DNA of 63,594 nucleotides, filler included, from Klebsormidium nitens (Eukaryota; Plantae; Klebsormidiophyceae): NCBI GenBank assembly GCA_000708835.1. It is 6 parts of 6 records of this genome, joined end to end, with 100 filler letters (N's around TTAATTAATTAA, not from the genome) between each part and the next. Parts side by side here need not be neighbours in the genome. Positions count along the whole stretch, not along the records: positions 52,542 to 61,521 come from DF237887.1; positions 61,622 to 63,594 come from DF237724.1; 4 more parts are not named here. One strand, 5' to 3'. Shown piece by piece: positions 60,201 to 63,594 of this stretch (position 1 is its first letter; each line of letters starts with the position of its first letter). The notes under the pieces were generated by a model. It saw only the letters and a program-made list of their open reading frames with translations, ran no database searches and was not told where the DNA came from. The position numbers and the translations under genes were made by a program.

Positions 60201-61040
60201 ATGACTCAAAACATGTGCATGTGCCCCAAAACCTGGCACGTTGGTCGCGGCCAGGAATTATACCAGGATAGAAAATTGCCATGGATTTGCGGCAATTCGG
60301 CCCCAAAATATTGAAATCAAGAATTTCCGGGACATCACATCACCGGGCTCATTTATATGTAACGCTGTAGACTTTTTTGTGATGGCAAGATACAGCAGAT
60401 GATCATCACAGACCGACCGTTTCATGCGTGTTTACCTTATTTCAGATGACGCCTACCTTATGACATACCAAAGATACGTGGTTCCGCTCTTAGCAACTCA
60501 ATACCGTGGGACGGTACCAGGCTAACACCTACCCTCGGACACTCGATTCCGAAATCATATCATTCTGCGGCGGTTCTGCGGAGCTATCGATAAGATCATA
60601 CATACCATACACGGTATGTCAGGATCTACTGGTACCAACAAACATTAACTTACCCCGAGCTCAGCTCTAGATCCCTATAAAGACCGTAACACTTCCCGGT
60701 TGGTCTTCAAACTCCGCGAACATGATTAGACCTTACGTGGATACACCTCAGTGCCGACGGCCGTCCAGATGGCGGCCAGTCTAAATTGGAAGTTTGATGT
60801 GAAGAGCTCTTGTTCATCTTCAAGATATGGTGGTTTGATAAATGCTCCACCTTGCCTCATTATGAGCGTGAAAACTATATTATAACGGAAGTTCCTTGGA
60901 TAAAGAAATACATCAGACCGTTGAAGATATCAAGCGTGAACTCTTTGCACAAGTGGCATCTCTGTTTCTCTATGTGAGACGCTGTGACAGTCATGCCTTT
61001 GCACCTCAATTTTACTGCCAAATATATTGTAAATATGGGG

Positions 61041-61521
61041 CATGTAGGCTTGCGCCCCAAACACCCGCATGTGCCCCACGTTGGGCTTCTTGCCGTAGAA
61101 AGCCTCCCACGGGGTCCTTCCGTGTGCGCTCACAGGGGTCCGGTTCCGGGTGTAGTTGGCCGTCACAACGGCCTCCGCACACATCTCTTTAAGCAGCCCC
61201 GAATCCTCGAGCATCGCCGGGACCTTCTCCTCCAACTGCCGATTGAGCCGCTCTGCTCGGCCGTGTAGGGGGCGGTCTTCTCGTGCACCGTCCCCTTGCC
61301 CCCGGTTTCACTCCGACACCCTCTACGAGGTTGTCTTGCACCATCTTCGCCAGGTTCTCATACCCAGCGTGCCCCATCCGTCGGTGCCACAGCTCGGCTG
61401 TTTCCGGCTTCTTCACGAGGAAACATGCGTCCTGCCCCGGCGCGGCGCCCTCCCGCTCCATTTCCGAAAGCGGCCCCTTTTGAACCACTTTTGGAGATGA
61501 TGCGTTCTCCGCCCGGTCGAC
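61041..61521 (-). mobile_element. pol: Ty1/Copia fragment (GAG-pre-integrase plus integrase C-terminal part, internal deletion)
   Basis: LWHRRMGHAGYENL; EKTAPYTAEQSGSAERLNR; ANYTRNRTP...TPWEAFYGKKPNVGHMRVFG. Confidence 0.92.
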
Positions 61522-61657
61522 NNNNNNNNNNNNNNNNNNNNNNNNNNNNNNNNNNNNNNNNNNNNTTAATTAATTAANNNNNNNNNNNNNNNNNNNNNNN
61601 NNNNNNNNNNNNNNNNNNNNNAGCAGCCGCCCGTTTGCGCGCGAGGTCACGAGCGGC

Positions 61658-63594
61658 GTGCCTTGGGTGTTGCCGCTAGAGCAAGGGGGGTGCGTCGGGG
61701 GTGCACTCTTTGGGCTAGACGCGAAGGCGTGGAGAGGGGGGCCGCAACTTCGAGTGTTCGTCGTGAACAACCCTGGGGAGAAGCCCGTGGTTTGCGTGTT
61801 CTGGGGAGAGAATGCGCACTGCAGCGATGTAGAGTGTTCGGGTTCAGAGCGGTGTTGGCATCTTGTGGGGGTGCTCTCAAAGCAAACCTTGCTTCTGATT
61901 GAGCGCGCAGCAGACGGAGGCGGGGTTGAGGCGAAGCAAACCCTTGCTGAGCGGCGGGCAGAAAGGGTTGGACAGCGGGAAGCCGGAGCGAGGAGGCTCT
62001 TTGTCTGCAACGACCCCGCGTGCCGGCGACCCGACTCGAGAGTTGCGTGCACCCACCAAGAGACCCTCGAGCCTTGGGAGTGCCTCTCTGCGGCGGCGCT
62101 CGACATGGGGCATAGCCACAAGCGAATTGACACCGTCATGAGTCGGGGGGGAGCTCGTGTCACGAGCCTTTGTGAACGGTGGGGCGAGGAGGGCGTGCGA
62201 CGGCGGGAGGAGGCCCGCCACTTTTGCGCTCCACGACCCGCCGAGTTGCTCTCTCCATGCGGCCGTCCATGGCAGCTGGAGAGTAGGAGAGGGTCTCTAA
62301 CGACGGCTGGGGGGCGCTATCCGATCACCACCTATCGAAGGGTCTGCCGCATCGCTCCCGGGCGCGAGGCGGCATGCTGCTCAGTAGCCTACGACGGCCA
62401 GGTGCGTCCAAACTCCCTCATCGTACAGATTTCTCCATCGACTCTGTGCGCACCTCTTGTATTGTTGGTATGCTGCTTCCGAAGGTAGCAAAGCATTGTT
62501 ACTGAGATAATCAAACATGTACTTGGCTTTGACAATGGGAGAAAAGTTTGCTTCGGTCCACAATCCTTGTCGAGGCTCCAACGGTACCAGGCAACGAAGG
62601 ATTGACAGTTGTTGGATTGCCTCTTCGCGAAAGATGTGCTCCAACTCTTGTTCACGGCTCTCGAGTTTTGCTCTGAGGTCCATGCATTCAGTTCGATTGA
62701 GACCGGCCAGAACGGCTTGCGTCTGGAAGCATCTTCCGAGCTCTGTAAGTTCATGGTAATGTTTGACAAGCCTCTCTCTTCGTTCCTTGATGACTTTTGC
62801 TCGTCGACCTTCCAGAGCACTGTTGAAGCCCGTTGGACCTCCTCGCTCTCGAACAGCAAGCACTCGCAAGTCCGACTCTCGATAGAAGCGGGTCTTGATG
62901 AAACCTAAAGGATGAGGAGCCCATTGAAGTGAAGAAAGGTCCTTGATCTGATACTTTGTTCGGGCCTCTGCTGTGGTCAAGCAGTCGAACGCGCGGTGCA
63001 AACCAAAGTTTAAGCAACTGAGGCATATCGGCGAACCTTTATGAGGATGCAAAGGCCATCGCAATTCGGTCCACTCATTGTTGCATATTTTGCAACAGTC
63101 CCGAGGCCAAACGGATTCAAAATGTAGCGGACCGGGCGCGACGCTGCACGGAACGGGAAACTCATGCATCATCGTCCCGATAGCCGCTTGGGCACCTTTG
63201 CAGGTACACGCTGAAGTTGCCAAGTCCGGAAGTCCGAGCAAGCCATTCTCACCTACCACGCTCAAAGCGGACGCAAATCCGTCGTTCAAAACCATGACAG
63301 AGCAGTACAAAGTATCCGATCTACTTTGAACGTGCGACTGAGGTCACCCCCCCCCCTCTATTCTTGCAGGAAGACGGCATCTTTAACTTCTCCGGCACCA
63401 ACCTCGTCTCGCACGGCCTCCTCTTGCGCAACCACTTTGCGGCGGCCCTGGGGGCGGCCCATAGCCTCAACTTTGAGGCGGGGGACATGGCCACGAGGTG
63501 CCTCGAGGGGCCGGACGTCCCTAGGCTGGACGACCGGGTGTTCGACTCGGCGATGCAAGCCTTCAACGACCTCGCCGCCCGGCCTCGGATCCAA
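61658..63594 (+). mobile_element. KDZ (Kyakuja-type) transposase 5' part, partial: SWIM-like fingers plus CxC4-like cluster
   Basis: Exon to 62401 (GTGCGT donor) joins 63370 in phase 0, giving CCSVAYDGQ|EDGIFNFSGTNLVSHGLL. C-x4-C...C-x-H motifs HCSDVEC...CWHL and VCNDPAC...CTHQ. The catalytic domain lies outside the window. Confidence 0.75.
62381..63295 (-). CDS. Intronless ~304-aa protein: degenerate F-box, C4 zinc finger, XPA C-terminal-like domain
   Basis: LPDLATSACTCKG; CKIC...CLSC; LTTAEARTKYQIKDL...RFYRESDLRVLAVRERGG. Lies antisense within the KDZ intron. Confidence 0.7.
   Translation of the reverse strand: MVLNDGFASALSVVGENGLLGLPDLATSACTCKGAQAAIGTMMHEFPVPCSVAPGPLHFESVWPRDCCKICNNEWTELRWPLHPHKGSPICLSCLNFGLHRAFDCLTTAEARTKYQIKDLSSLQWAPHPLGFIKTRFYRESDLRVLAVRERGGPTGFNSALEGRRAKVIKERRERLVKHYHELTELGRCFQTQAVLAGLNRTECMDLRAKLESREQELEHIFREEAIQQLSILRCLVPLEPRQGLWTEANFSPIVKAKYMFDYLSNNALLPSEAAYQQYKRCAQSRWRNLYDEGVWTHLAVVGY

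Noticed and set aside
59817-60239. 140-aa minus-strand ORF
   Set aside because: No motifs or splice support; likely random.

Overview
Eukaryotic, intron-rich, repeat-dominated DNA made of six contigs joined by artificial 100-nt N/TTAATTAATTAA/N linkers: 1-16085, 16186-29245, 29346-34893, 34994-52441, 52542-61521 and 61622-63594. Adjacency across linkers is not biological evidence. TTTTAGGG telomere repeats, a plant-like NAA10 and GTGAG/GTACG/GTGCG donors suggest a green alga or streptophyte alga such as Klebsormidium (inference). Contig 1 is a decayed virus/plasmid-like replicon: a spliced Prim-Pol/Zn-finger/D5-SF3 primase-helicase pseudogene, unknown genes, an ~81-bp repeat family carrying TGACGTCA (CRE) palindromes, and a small spliced gene with a bZIP-like basic region. 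Contig 2 is a circularly permuted, apparently single-LTR Ty3/Gypsy element with F-box-like and orphan extra ORFs, recombined into the protease gene of another Gypsy at a 4-bp microhomology. Contig 3 is a chromosome end (intron-containing tRNA-Ala, NAA10, telomere). Contig 4 has a chromovirus with TSDs, several MITEs, a sulfotransferase and a spliced DUF3987-like pseudogene. Contig 5 has a truncated spliced tyrosine-recombinase-like gene and a Copia fragment. Contig 6 has a KDZ-type transposase whose intron is filled by an antisense F-box/XPA-like ORF. All family assignments are by eye from motifs; no database search was run.
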